Of a stretch of 64,000 bases of DNA, positions 1 to 8,837 are shown piece after piece. Under the pieces are notes generated by a model. The model was given only the letters and a program-made list of their open reading frames with translations. It was not told the DNA's origin and made no database searches. Each line of letters opens with the position of its first letter. Position 1 is the first letter of the stretch. Made by a program: the position numbers and the translations under genes. The stretch comes from Candidatus Yanofskybacteria bacterium RIFCSPHIGHO2_01_FULL_41_26 (GTDB lineage: Bacteria; Patescibacteriota; Minisyncoccia; 2-02-FULL-40-12; GWA2-44-9): positions 26,168 through 90,167 of the forward strand of contig MGJB01000006.1 of NCBI GenBank assembly GCA_001794055.1. The letters are read 5' to 3'.

Positions 1-130
1 AGGAGTTAACATTGAAAATCACGGATTGGCCGACAGTATCAGCAGCCGACACACCGGAGAAAACAAAAAAGAACACCGTCAATGCCACAACCACAAAAAT
101 CTTGGATCTTAAAAGATTCATTATATACAT
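1..130 (-). CDS. Partial CDS (N-terminus only, runs off the window start). The predicted N-terminus MYIMNLLRSKIFVVVALTVFFFVFSGVSAADTVGQ... looks like a signal peptide or TM anchor, so a secreted or membrane protein.
   Basis: Reverse-complement reading frame is open from ATG (130 or 121) to the window edge. A hydrophobic stretch follows basic residues, which is signal-peptide-like. No similarity call is possible. Confidence 0.3.
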   Translation of the reverse strand, partial: MYIMNLLRSKIFVVVALTVFFFVFSGVSAADTVGQSVIFNVNS

Positions 131-154
131 TATATACAATTGTGAGGCAAAACA

Positions 155-1123
155 CTAACGAATTTTTTTTCTTTTCTGAACGATAATGTCTTTATTGTGC
201 TTAGACACGTCTTCGATCGTAAGACCCTGCCAGTTGAGCAGTTCCACGTTATAATCTCTGGCCGATTCTAAAACAGAAATTCCCTTTTTCAATATTTGGA
301 CAAAATCTTTGTTTGTTTTTCTTTTTTCAAGGTCTTTTGCAAGCGAGTTCGTAAAAGAAATGAAAGCATTCATATCTTTCGGAAAACAGTATCCTCCGGC
401 TCCGCAATAATTACCATGTGCAACGTTCAACCAAGATGGGCCGATCCTCAAGTCAGCCCCAATAAGTTCCTTGATTTTATCATAATTAACTTCCGTTTTA
501 TCTTTTAATGTCAAAGCGTGCGATACATCTGCGAGAATATTTCCGTAAATTACTTTGAGGAATCCGAAAACATTGCTTGCGTATTTACCCATTTCGGCTT
601 CAGTGGAATTGACAGATTTTTTGGAATAATCCGATGTCCAAGGACGGATAAAATTTTTACAGGGAAGTAAATTCAAAACCTCTACTGCATCTTGTGAAGA
701 CTTAGCGGTAGTTCCTATTATCTGTCGATCAGGGGATAAGAAATCTTCCCAGGCCTGCGACTCGGTTAAGAATTCGGGATTGAAAATAAATCTTTTTTTG
801 GGATATTTATTTTGCAAATGTTGAACTGTCCCCGGGGTCACGGTAGATTTAATGACAACAATCTTTCCGTCTTTGATGGTCGCTACAGCATTTTGAACAA
901 TGGAGACATTACAACTGCCATCGCTGTTGGGCGGAGTCGGTACAGCAACAAAAACAATCTCGGCACTGTTGACATCGTCAAAATATCCCTTTTTTGGATC
1001 AGCATCATAACAAAAAAGATCCTTACCTCTTTTGTAACCGTTAATCTCTTCAAACCATTTCCGTATCGGTTCTCCCACCATTCCAATACCGATAATGCCA
1101 ATTTTGAGTGAAGAATTTTTCAT
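155..1123 (-). CDS. Nucleotide-sugar dehydrogenase of the UDP-glucose/GDP-mannose dehydrogenase family. It is unusually short (322 aa).
   Basis: N-terminal Rossmann motif GIIGIGMVG. Catalytic-cysteine motif GGYCFPKD, matching the family GG(S/Y)CFPKD. Only about 85 aa follow the catalytic Cys, so the C-terminal UDP-binding domain looks truncated. Confidence 0.75.
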   Translation of the reverse strand: MKNSSLKIGIIGIGMVGEPIRKWFEEINGYKRGKDLFCYDADPKKGYFDDVNSAEIVFVAVPTPPNSDGSCNVSIVQNAVATIKDGKIVVIKSTVTPGTVQHLQNKYPKKRFIFNPEFLTESQAWEDFLSPDRQIIGTTAKSSQDAVEVLNLLPCKNFIRPWTSDYSKKSVNSTEAEMGKYASNVFGFLKVIYGNILADVSHALTLKDKTEVNYDKIKELIGADLRIGPSWLNVAHGNYCGAGGYCFPKDMNAFISFTNSLAKDLEKRKTNKDFVQILKKGISVLESARDYNVELLNWQGLTIEDVSKHNKDIIVQKRKKIR

Positions 1124-1145
1124 AATGTAAAAACAATATCAATTC

Positions 1146-1173
1146 TTGATTTTTATTGCAAATTTAGTATAAT
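1146..1173 (+). promoter_or_regulatory. Sigma-70-like promoter: TTGATT, 16-nt spacer, TATAAT. It would drive the sugar-transferase gene.
   Basis: Seen in sequence: ttgatt tttattgcaaatttag tataat, about 20 nt upstream of the ATG at 1194. It sits in the divergent intergenic region. Confidence 0.45.
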
Positions 1174-1193
1174 TTACGTCAGATAATTAACTT

Positions 1194-2507
1194 ATGAAAA
1201 AATTCCTAATCTTCCTCTCGGATGCCGCAATTCTTTACGTTTCCTTGGTTCTGACCCTTTTCATCAGATACCCGGATAATTTTCAGGGACAATATTGGAT
1301 ACACATATATCCGTTCTCTTTGATTTTTATTTTATGGCTTTTGGTTTTTTATATTGCAAATCTATATGAACCAAAATTGCTTAGAAACAATATTCACTTT
1401 TATTCGGCTCTTTTCCAAACAATTACCATAACCGCTGTAATTTCCGTATTGTTCTTCTATGTAATTCCGCTTTATGGAATCACGCCAAAAACTAATTTGT
1501 TGATTTTCCTGGCTATTTTCACCGGACTGGAATTTACAAATCGTTCTCTTTCTAACAACATTTTACAAAAAGGTTTCAAAAAATCTGTGCTGATTGTGGG
1601 AACTAACAATCAGTCTCTTGAACTTGATGTGTTTATAAAAGAGAATCCCCAACTTGGTTACGAAATTAAATCTGTGCTAGATACTTTTTCAGACAAACTC
1701 AAAAACATGAACCAAATAATTTACGAGGAAAAAATAGACACGATTGTTTTAAGTCCGGAAGCATATCAAGCTCCTGAAATAATAGACATTTTTTATAAGT
1801 CTCTTGAACAGAAAGTCAGTTTTATGAATCTTGCTTTTTTTTATGAACGATTGACGGGCATGGTTCCCCTGGGAGCGATCAACCAAATTTGGTTCCTGGA
1901 AAACTTAAATGAGGGAAATAAAAGGGCGTACGAAATAGTTAAACGCGGAAGCGATTTGGTGTTTGCTATTATTCTCGGCGTGTTGAGTCTTTTATTTTAT
2001 CCGCTTATTATCTTCTTGATAAAAACAACTTCACGGGGACCGATCTTTTATAAGCAGAACAGGGTGGGCCAAGCGGGTAAGATTTTCAAAATAATCAAAT
2101 TCAGAACAATGAATCAAGATGCTGAAAAGAATACCGGCGCTGTTTGGGCTTCAAATGACGATCCCAGAATAACCAAAATAGGAAGATTTATGCGCAAGGC
2201 AAGAATAGATGAATTGCCTCAATTGTGGAATATCCTGAAAGGACAGATGGCGTTCATAGGACCAAGAGCGGAAAGACCAGAGTTTAACGAACAATTAAAA
2301 ACAGTCCCCTTCTATGAAGAAAGATATCTGATAAAACCGGGCCTTTCCGGCTGGGCTCAAATAAACTTCCGATATGGTTCATCGATTACCGATGCAGCTG
2401 AAAAATTAAAATATGATTTATATTACATCAAAAACAGATCTTTGATCTTAGACCTAGGGATAGCACTGAAAACCATCCGAATCATGTTCCAGAGGTCGGG
2501 AAAATAA
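1194..2507 (+). CDS. Undecaprenyl/polyprenyl-phosphate sugar phosphotransferase of the bacterial sugar transferase (WbaP/PglC/EpsB-like) family. This is the initiating enzyme of glycan assembly.
   Basis: N-terminal TM helices. C-terminal conserved core GPIFYKQNRVG...KIFKIIKFRTM...DELPQLWNILKGQMAFIGPRAERPEF is typical of the PF02397 family. Confidence 0.85.
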   Translation: MKKFLIFLSDAAILYVSLVLTLFIRYPDNFQGQYWIHIYPFSLIFILWLLVFYIANLYEPKLLRNNIHFYSALFQTITITAVISVLFFYVIPLYGITPKTNLLIFLAIFTGLEFTNRSLSNNILQKGFKKSVLIVGTNNQSLELDVFIKENPQLGYEIKSVLDTFSDKLKNMNQIIYEEKIDTIVLSPEAYQAPEIIDIFYKSLEQKVSFMNLAFFYERLTGMVPLGAINQIWFLENLNEGNKRAYEIVKRGSDLVFAIILGVLSLLFYPLIIFLIKTTSRGPIFYKQNRVGQAGKIFKIIKFRTMNQDAEKNTGAVWASNDDPRITKIGRFMRKARIDELPQLWNILKGQMAFIGPRAERPEFNEQLKTVPFYEERYLIKPGLSGWAQINFRYGSSITDAAEKLKYDLYYIKNRSLILDLGIALKTIRIMFQRSGK

Positions 2508-2521
2508 AATAACCAAGTTGT

Positions 2522-2549
2522 TTGACAAAATTTAAAAAAACTGTAATAT
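2522..2549 (+). promoter_or_regulatory. Sigma-70-like promoter: TTGACA, 16-nt spacer, TAATAT. A GGGAG Shine-Dalgarno follows before the ATG at 2589.
   Basis: Seen in sequence: ttgaca aaatttaaaaaaactg taatat. SD aagggag lies 8 nt before the ATG. Confidence 0.45.
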
Positions 2550-2588
2550 AAGAATATTATCTCTCGGGCACCCCAAGGGAGACCAAGA

Positions 2589-3158
2589 ATGGTTCGTTTA
2601 AAATTATTCGCAATCTTCATTGTTTTATACTGTTTTGCAAACATAATAGTTGATCTTAAATTATACAGTTGTGTGGGTCCAGCAGTTGTCGTTTCAGATG
2701 TTTATGCCAACAAAATCAAGGTGGCAAGAGATTTATTTATAAAGCCAATAAATTTCCCTGAACCAAAATACCGTATAAAAATTACGCAATGCTACAACGC
2801 TTGGGCGAGTTACCAAGACAACACAATCGTCATATCCGAACCCGTTATAAAAAATTTCTCGACGAAAGAATTAGCCGGCATACTAGGACATGAATTGGCT
2901 CATATTCAAGCAGATAAACAAAAAGTAAGCGTAGCAGATCAAATTGATAATCACTGGAAAATAGATGTCATGGGAGCAGAATTAACAAGCAAGGAGGTTA
3001 TGATAAAAAAGTTAAATAGAATGTTGGAAGAGAATGACAATCTTTTTAAAACCAACGGGTTTTTGATGTATTATTTTCCACTTTCTTATCTAGAACATAC
3101 GCTATCCAGAGATGATTTTATGTTCAGAATAAAAAAGGTAAATGATCATTTTAAATAA
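2589..3158 (+). CDS. Hypothetical protein with an N-terminal hydrophobic segment and an HExxH motif. Possibly a small Zn-metallopeptidase-like protein.
   Basis: N-terminus MVRLKLFAIFIVLYCFANIIV looks like a signal peptide or TM segment. Motif GILGHELAHIQ contains HExxH. No further family assignment is possible by eye. Confidence 0.3.
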   Translation: MVRLKLFAIFIVLYCFANIIVDLKLYSCVGPAVVVSDVYANKIKVARDLFIKPINFPEPKYRIKITQCYNAWASYQDNTIVISEPVIKNFSTKELAGILGHELAHIQADKQKVSVADQIDNHWKIDVMGAELTSKEVMIKKLNRMLEENDNLFKTNGFLMYYFPLSYLEHTLSRDDFMFRIKKVNDHFK

Positions 3159-3162
3159 TTTG

Positions 3163-3192
3163 GTGCCGTGAAACGGCATTTTTTATTTTTTG
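3163..3192 (+). terminator. Rho-independent terminator: hairpin tgccg-tgaaa-cggca followed by a TTTTTTATTTTTT tract.
   Basis: Perfect 5-bp GC-rich stem plus T-tract, immediately after the stop at 3158. It overlaps the annotated ORF start at 3190. This argues that the real start of the next gene is the downstream ATG at 3250. Confidence 0.55.
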
Positions 3193-3249
3193 CGCAAGTT
3201 ATCAACAAAAAATATTTCAGAAAAAGATTTTTTGCTCTATGATAAAAAT

Positions 3250-3792
3250 ATGTTGCCTACAAAAATATTTTTTACCAAAGGTTCCGGAACGCACAAAGAA
3301 TATCTCGCTTCATTTGAACTTGCTTTGCGCGCCGCCGGGATTGCTCAATATAATTTAGTTCCCGTATCAAGTATTTATCCGCCCAATGTTAAAAAAGTAA
3401 CCAGGGACGAAGGAATTAAATTGCTTCCGCCAGGTTCGGTTGTACATGCCGTCATTGCTCGCAATGCAACTAATGAACCCAACCGTTTAATTTCGGCCTC
3501 AATAGGTGTTGCCATACCCCAGGATTTTAACCAGTATGGCTATCTATCTGAACATCATCCGTTCGGAGAAACCGATGAAAAAGCCGGCGATTATGCAGAA
3601 GATCTGGCCGCACAAATGCTGGCAACCACCCTAGGAATAGAATTTGACCCAAACACCGCCTGGGATGAAAGAGAACAACTGTTTAAGGCCTCGGAGCAGA
3701 TATTCAAGACAACAAATTATACTCAATCGGCCATCGGCAACAAAGACGGCTTATGGACAACCGTGGTTGCCGCGGCAATATTAATAGAGTAA
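3250..3792 (+). CDS. pdaD: Pyruvoyl-dependent arginine decarboxylase (PdaD family).
   Basis: Motifs [39 protein letters not shown] and [11 protein letters not shown] align with PdaD (VAGSSEG...SVAIPKD). The conserved Ser-Ser region is where the pyruvoyl group is generated. The ORF track gives 3190..3792. The shorter start at 3250 is preferred because the upstream terminator overlaps 3190. Confidence 0.65.
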   Translation: MLPTKIFFTKGSGTHKEYLASFELALRAAGIAQYNLVPVSSIYPPNVKKVTRDEGIKLLPPGSVVHAVIARNATNEPNRLISASIGVAIPQDFNQYGYLSEHHPFGETDEKAGDYAEDLAAQMLATTLGIEFDPNTAWDEREQLFKASEQIFKTTNYTQSAIGNKDGLWTTVVAAAILIE

Positions 3793-3805
3793 TAGAAATT
3801 AGAAA

Positions 3806-4537
3806 TTAATCCGCCAGCTGGCAGATTAGAAATTTAAGCTTCCAAGGAAGCTTGATTGACTCCCATATTATCTTGGATGACATCTTGGACTGCCCCTCTC
3901 TGCGCTCACTGAACACAATAGGATGTTCCATAAATTTTGAGCTAACCTTAAAAAGCCTGTATTTTAATTCCACCAAAAAAGCATATCCGCTTGAATTTAT
4001 CTTATCCAAGTTTATTTTTTTCAATGCATCCGCACGGTAAGCATTAAAACCGGATGTGGCATCTGTCACAGGAAGACCTAGGATAATTTTTACATATAGA
4101 TTGGCGGCTCTACTTAAAATTCTTCTGAAAAAATTCCAATTTTTTACTCCCCCGCCTTTTACATATCGAGACCCGATTACAACATCAAAGTTATCAAGTC
4201 TTTCTAATAGTGCGGGTATCTCTTTATAATCATGGGAGAAATCCGCATCCATTGTCACTATTTGATTGTAATTTTTTTCTAAAATCCACCTAAACCCCGC
4301 TAGGCTTGAACGGCCATAACTAAAATTACTATCTCTTTCCAAAAGAAACAGCTTCTTAAAATTAACGGTCATAGATTTAATTAATTCTCGTGTACCGTCA
4401 GAAGAATTATCATCCACAACCAAAACGGAAACATCCGGCAATAAATTAAAAATCGCCGGAACAAGATTTTTCAAGTTCTCTCTCTCGTTAAGGGTTGGTA
4501 TTAAAATTATACTTTTGAAATAAATACTCATACACAA
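3806..4537 (-). CDS. GT2 glycosyltransferase, dolichyl/polyprenyl-phosphate hexose synthase-like (DPM1/ArnC-like).
   Basis: N-terminus ILIPTLNERENLKNLVPAIFNLLPDVSVLVVDDNSSDGTRE, with the DDxSxDGT motif of polyprenol-P sugar synthases. Size about 240 aa. The start is uncertain (M1 or M3). It overlaps the upstream GT-C gene by about 44-50 nt. Confidence 0.8.
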   Translation of the reverse strand: MCMSIYFKSIILIPTLNERENLKNLVPAIFNLLPDVSVLVVDDNSSDGTRELIKSMTVNFKKLFLLERDSNFSYGRSSLAGFRWILEKNYNQIVTMDADFSHDYKEIPALLERLDNFDVVIGSRYVKGGGVKNWNFFRRILSRAANLYVKIILGLPVTDATSGFNAYRADALKKINLDKINSSGYAFLVELKYRLFKVSSKFMEHPIVFSERREGQSKMSSKIIWESIKLPWKLKFLICQLAD

Positions 4538-5636
4538 ACAAAATCACTCCTAAATATAATGGTATTAAATAAACATAAATATTCGACCAATAATTATGGC
4601 CAAAGTAATTCCAGATTGGCAGAAACACAAAGAATGAGTCGATGAAGATTAAAACCATAAACCATTTATATTTTAAAAGATAGCCGACTGAAGCCAGGGC
4701 AAAAAGAGTTGTCATAGGTAGTAAATATTTTGAAAAAGAAAATGTTAAACTGCCCACAATCAAAAAGTTAAGTATTATCGCCAGTATCATTTCCTTCCTC
4801 AACTTTAAGTTTTTATTCCACAGCAGAGAAAAAGCACCGATCACAATGACAAACGGTGATATCATTATTTTACGGAAATGCAAAAGCAAATTAGCGCCAA
4901 CCCTTAAATAACCCTTGATCCCGACGGTAAAGCTTTCTACAAGAGGGGGCGGATTGCCCGTATCAAAATTGCCCTGATAAGAATTTATCGCCGCATTATT
5001 AACCAAGTGTCCTGTTTGGTAATAACTGACACCAAGGTATAGTCCCCCAATGATAAAAGCGACTAAAATCCAGATTAATTTACCAAGGTTCAGCCTTGAT
5101 TCAAGGTTGAACCTTGGAATAAAATCTTTAAAAAACAATGGAAACAAAGTTAACGCAAACGGCTTTACAATTCCCCCTATCGCCCAAGAAATTGGAGTCC
5201 AAGTTTTTTCGTTAGCACTTGCCCAAATGATTAAAAGAACAAAAAACAAAAGCGCTGCTTCCTGAAATCCCCGCATCATGGTTGAGTAAGGATAAGGCAT
5301 CAGCAAAAATAGAATCAGGAAATAAATGCCCGCTTGAGAACTCTGATAAAACTTTTTGCCGACGAAATAGGCCAGCGGAACAGAGAATAGAGAAAATATT
5401 GCTGACATAATAATAATTGAGTTATGGGAATGAGTCAGCCAAAAAACAGGGACAGAAAAAAAAGAAAGTCCTTGAAAACCATAAAACGATTTGAAGTTCA
5501 AATGGCCCCACGCCAACGATTCAGCAAATCCTTCATATTTGACTCCGTCATCCATCATAACCGGAGTCGCCGACAGAAAATAATACAACATTACAGCCAA
5601 GGCAATACCTATCAATAAATACTCTCGTTTAGTCAT
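4488..5636 (-). CDS. Polytopic membrane protein, putative GT-C fold glycosyltransferase (ArnT/PMT-like, using a polyprenol-P sugar donor).
   Basis: At least 10 predicted TM helices. An acidic DD motif sits in the first extracytoplasmic loop (VMMDDGVKYEG), as in GT-C enzymes. It is adjacent to and overlaps the DPM1-like GT2. That is the classical synthase/transferase pairing. Confidence 0.5.
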   Translation of the reverse strand: MTKREYLLIGIALAVMLYYFLSATPVMMDDGVKYEGFAESLAWGHLNFKSFYGFQGLSFFSVPVFWLTHSHNSIIIMSAIFSLFSVPLAYFVGKKFYQSSQAGIYFLILFLLMPYPYSTMMRGFQEAALLFFVLLIIWASANEKTWTPISWAIGGIVKPFALTLFPLFFKDFIPRFNLESRLNLGKLIWILVAFIIGGLYLGVSYYQTGHLVNNAAINSYQGNFDTGNPPPLVESFTVGIKGYLRVGANLLLHFRKIMISPFVIVIGAFSLLWNKNLKLRKEMILAIILNFLIVGSLTFSFSKYLLPMTTLFALASVGYLLKYKWFMVLIFIDSFFVFLPIWNYFGHNYWSNIYVYLIPLYLGVILFVYEYLFQKYNFNTNP

Positions 5637-6957
5637 TTTTAATATTTAGTTTTTTCATAAGGTAAGTAAAAGAAATTAAATGGGAAACTGTAAACCAGAT
5701 AGTTACCATCGCTACCGAACCCCAAAGGCCATAGTTTTTAATAAACCAAAGCCCTAAAGGAATCCCCGCCCCCAATACGACAAGATTAATGAAAATAGAA
5801 ACCTTAACGCTATTAATTGTCCGCCACATCGGACCTAAACCCACTCCGATGCCATACAAAGCACCATACACAATCAAACCAGCAACATAGGGCACACTGG
5901 GCAAAAAGTTTTCTCCATAAAGAATCTTGAAAGCAATCGGAGAAACAATAACAGCTCCAACCGTTAACAGTACCGACAGACCAAGACCACACAAAGAAAC
6001 TTTTTTGAAATTTTCAGCTAATTTTTCCCCATTTTCAATTTGCAATTTAGGAAATTCAACATTTAAAAGTATCGATATCGGGCCAAGCAAACTTAAGGCA
6101 AGATTAACATATCCGAAAGCTAATCTAAAAAAAGAAACTTCGGAGACGGTAACATATATACCAGTAAGAATAACCGGCAAAGCCATGAATAAGTTGCCCA
6201 TATTTCTGTCCAAAGCCACCCAAAAAGTAAATCCGAAATATTTTTTAACACTAACGTTTTTTGCATTAACGATGAGCCGGCGTAAATCTGGAAAAACAGG
6301 ATCTCTCATCCTCAAACTCCGGAACAATAATGCCGAAGAAATAAATATTATCAAGGCCCCAACTAAGTGTCCGCTAACCGCTCCAAAAACTCCAAAACCG
6401 ACAATAATCAAAACCAAAGACAAGCCGGACCTCAACGACTGGTCAGTAACTATCAAACCCGTAAGAGACTTGATCCTGCCGGTAACTTGAAAAGCAGAAT
6501 ATGCAAGGGTAAAAAAGAATGACGACAGAACTACTGCAACAACAATAATGGCCGCATAAATACCAATAACCGAATTACCATATAACTTACTGGCGATACT
6601 CGGCAGAAAAAAACTAAAAACCAAAATAAGCAAAGTGGCCATTGAAGTTATCTTAAACATAAAACCAAGAATACTTTCCACTTCAATCTTATCTTTTTGT
6701 GCATAGGCCCTACCCAGCATGCTTGAAACTGCTTCCTGGATTCCCATACCGATTACCAAAGAAGTTATAGCTGCCAATCCAAAAGCAAGCGAATAAATAC
6801 CTAAAAGCTCCGGCTGTAAAAGCCGGGCAATAACTATTCCAACAACAGCCTGGATAATCGTCCCGCTAAAACTTCCGGTCTGGAGAGTGACAACATTCCT
6901 AATGAACCAATGTTGACGATAATAAAAAAATTTATCTTTCAATCCTGAAAAAACCAT
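5629..6957 (-). CDS. Polysaccharide biosynthesis protein / oligosaccharide flippase (Wzx-like, MOP superfamily).
   Basis: 442 aa with about 12-14 TM helices. The N-terminal region has the R/K-rich start and SFSGTIIQAVVGIVIARLL helix typical of the polysacc_synt family. Confidence 0.6.
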   Translation of the reverse strand: MVFSGLKDKFFYYRQHWFIRNVVTLQTGSFSGTIIQAVVGIVIARLLQPELLGIYSLAFGLAAITSLVIGMGIQEAVSSMLGRAYAQKDKIEVESILGFMFKITSMATLLILVFSFFLPSIASKLYGNSVIGIYAAIIVVAVVLSSFFFTLAYSAFQVTGRIKSLTGLIVTDQSLRSGLSLVLIIVGFGVFGAVSGHLVGALIIFISSALLFRSLRMRDPVFPDLRRLIVNAKNVSVKKYFGFTFWVALDRNMGNLFMALPVILTGIYVTVSEVSFFRLAFGYVNLALSLLGPISILLNVEFPKLQIENGEKLAENFKKVSLCGLGLSVLLTVGAVIVSPIAFKILYGENFLPSVPYVAGLIVYGALYGIGVGLGPMWRTINSVKVSIFINLVVLGAGIPLGLWFIKNYGLWGSVAMVTIWFTVSHLISFTYLMKKLNIKND

Positions 6958-7061
6958 TAAAAAATACTAACATTTTTTAGACACTATTTCAATTAACCTA
7001 ACCGCCAAGTACATTGAACTAAAACAAGATTTAGCCTATAATCAAAACACCGATTAAAAAT

Positions 7062-8837
7062 ATGGCGATCAACGTCTCTAAAATCACAAAAGCTACCAAA
7101 TTGCTGCTTTTTGCGTTTCGCAATTACAAAAAGCAATTTTTGGTAATGACAATATTGGGGACGATAAGCGGTTTTTTTGAGAGTATTGGTATTGCCGCCG
7201 TTATTCCCCTTTTCTATCTCATGACAAATACCGGACAGTCCGGCACAGATATTATTTCGCGCACGATACAAAATTTTTTTTCTATCAGCCACATACCCCT
7301 TAATCCACCCGCTATTTTGATTTTTATTTTGCTTCTTTTTTGCGCAAAAGCGGTTGTTTATGTTATAGCCAGATATGTAAACACAAAAGTTACGGGCCAC
7401 TACGAAGAAGACGCGAGAAAAGATCTCTTTAGCCGAACGATGCACGCTTCGTGGAGTTTTATTCTCAACCAAAAAGGCGGCCAATTAGAAAGTATCATTC
7501 TGTACGACATTGAAAAGGCAACTTCAATATTGGGCTTAATCACCGGATTAATACTTACGTTCACCACTTTTTTAACATACGCTTTTGTGGCCTTTAGTAT
7601 TTCAGCCAAAACCACGCTTGCGATAATGGCCATCGGCATTATTCTTTTTTTCATTTATAAACCAATTTTTTACGGGATCAGAAAATTATTCCAAGAAGTC
7701 TCAAGACTGCAAAAAGAATCAAACCACCATGTGGGCGAAAGTATAGCCGGCGCTAAAACCATCAAATCGGCAGCGGTTGAGAAGATAGTGATTAACAAGG
7801 CTTCGGATTATTTTGACCGGCTTCGTAGAGCTAAATTAAGCGCCGCAATTTATAAACAATCCACAGTAAGCCTAATTGAGCCATTGGGATTTGCGGTCAT
7901 TGCTTTTTTGTTTATTACAACTTACCATTCCCCATCATTTAACATCGCCCCATTCGCAGTTATCATGTATTTGATCCAACGAATGTTTAATTATTTTAAA
8001 ACGGCTCAAAATCAAATCCATTCAATTAATGAGGCTGTCCCCTACTTAGGGACGATGTTAAATTATCGTAAAAATGTTGTTGGCAGCAGAGAGATCTGGA
8101 ACGGCGATAAACACTTCTCCCTTAACAAAGAGATCGAATTCAGAAATATTGTATTTGGTTATGTTAAAAATCGGAACGTCCTTTCAAGTTTAAATTTCAC
8201 CATTAAGAAAGGCTGTATTACGGGAATTATCGGAATATCCGGCGCCGGAAAAACAACGATTACCGATCTCCTCCTCAGATTATTCCGCCCTATAGATGGT
8301 AAAATTTTTGTTGACGGTATTGACTTGGAAGATATAGACATTAACGACTGGCGTAAAAATATTGGTTATGTGTCACAGGATATTTTCCTTATGAATGAAT
8401 CCATAGAAAACAATATCCGTTTTTATAATGATAAAATGTCCCAAGCCGACATTATCACAGCGGCAAAAGCCGCGAATATTTACGAGACAGTTCAGTTGTT
8501 TCCGGAAAAATTTAAAACGATCGCCGGCGAAAGAGGGGTTAAGTTATCTGGCGGTCAACGTCAAAGAATCGCTCTGGCCAGAGCGTTGGCCCGCAATCCC
8601 AAGTTGCTTATTTTAGATGAGGCCACCAGTTCCATTGATAATGAATCCGAACAATTGATACAAGAGTCTATACAAAATTTAAAAGGCCGAACAACTATTA
8701 TAATCATCGCCCATCGCTCTTCGTCGGTTATGCAGGCTGATAACTTACTCGTGCTGAAAAACGGACAAATTGTTGAACAAGGAAAACCTTCAGACCTTCT
8801 TAACAACGAAACTTCGTATTTTGCTAAAATTAATTAA
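7062..8837 (+). CDS. ABC transporter, fused permease/ATPase (MsbA/lipid-A-type exporter family).
   Basis: N-terminal 6-TM domain. Walker A GISGAGKTT, ABC signature LSGGQRQRIALARAL, Walker B LLILDEATSSID, H-loop IIIAHR. Confidence 0.85.
   Translation: MAINVSKITKATKLLLFAFRNYKKQFLVMTILGTISGFFESIGIAAVIPLFYLMTNTGQSGTDIISRTIQNFFSISHIPLNPPAILIFILLLFCAKAVVYVIARYVNTKVTGHYEEDARKDLFSRTMHASWSFILNQKGGQLESIILYDIEKATSILGLITGLILTFTTFLTYAFVAFSISAKTTLAIMAIGIILFFIYKPIFYGIRKLFQEVSRLQKESNHHVGESIAGAKTIKSAAVEKIVINKASDYFDRLRRAKLSAAIYKQSTVSLIEPLGFAVIAFLFITTYHSPSFNIAPFAVIMYLIQRMFNYFKTAQNQIHSINEAVPYLGTMLNYRKNVVGSREIWNGDKHFSLNKEIEFRNIVFGYVKNRNVLSSLNFTIKKGCITGIIGISGAGKTTITDLLLRLFRPIDGKIFVDGIDLEDIDINDWRKNIGYVSQDIFLMNESIENNIRFYNDKMSQADIITAAKAANIYETVQLFPEKFKTIAGERGVKLSGGQRQRIALARALARNPKLLILDEATSSIDNESEQLIQESIQNLKGRTTIIIIAHRSSSVMQADNLLVLKNGQIVEQGKPSDLLNNETSYFAKIN

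Noticed and set aside
296-508. Short ORFs on the opposite strand inside well-supported genes. Examples: 296-508, 812-1111, 883-1101, 5927-6490, 6993-7484, 16157-16468, 19355-19666, 39142-39522, 46390-47196, 47821-48330, 56635-57075, 57100-57700.
   Set aside because: Each lies antisense or out of frame within a long ORF that has clear family motifs. They are shadow ORFs typical of AT-rich DNA, with low-complexity translations and no motifs.
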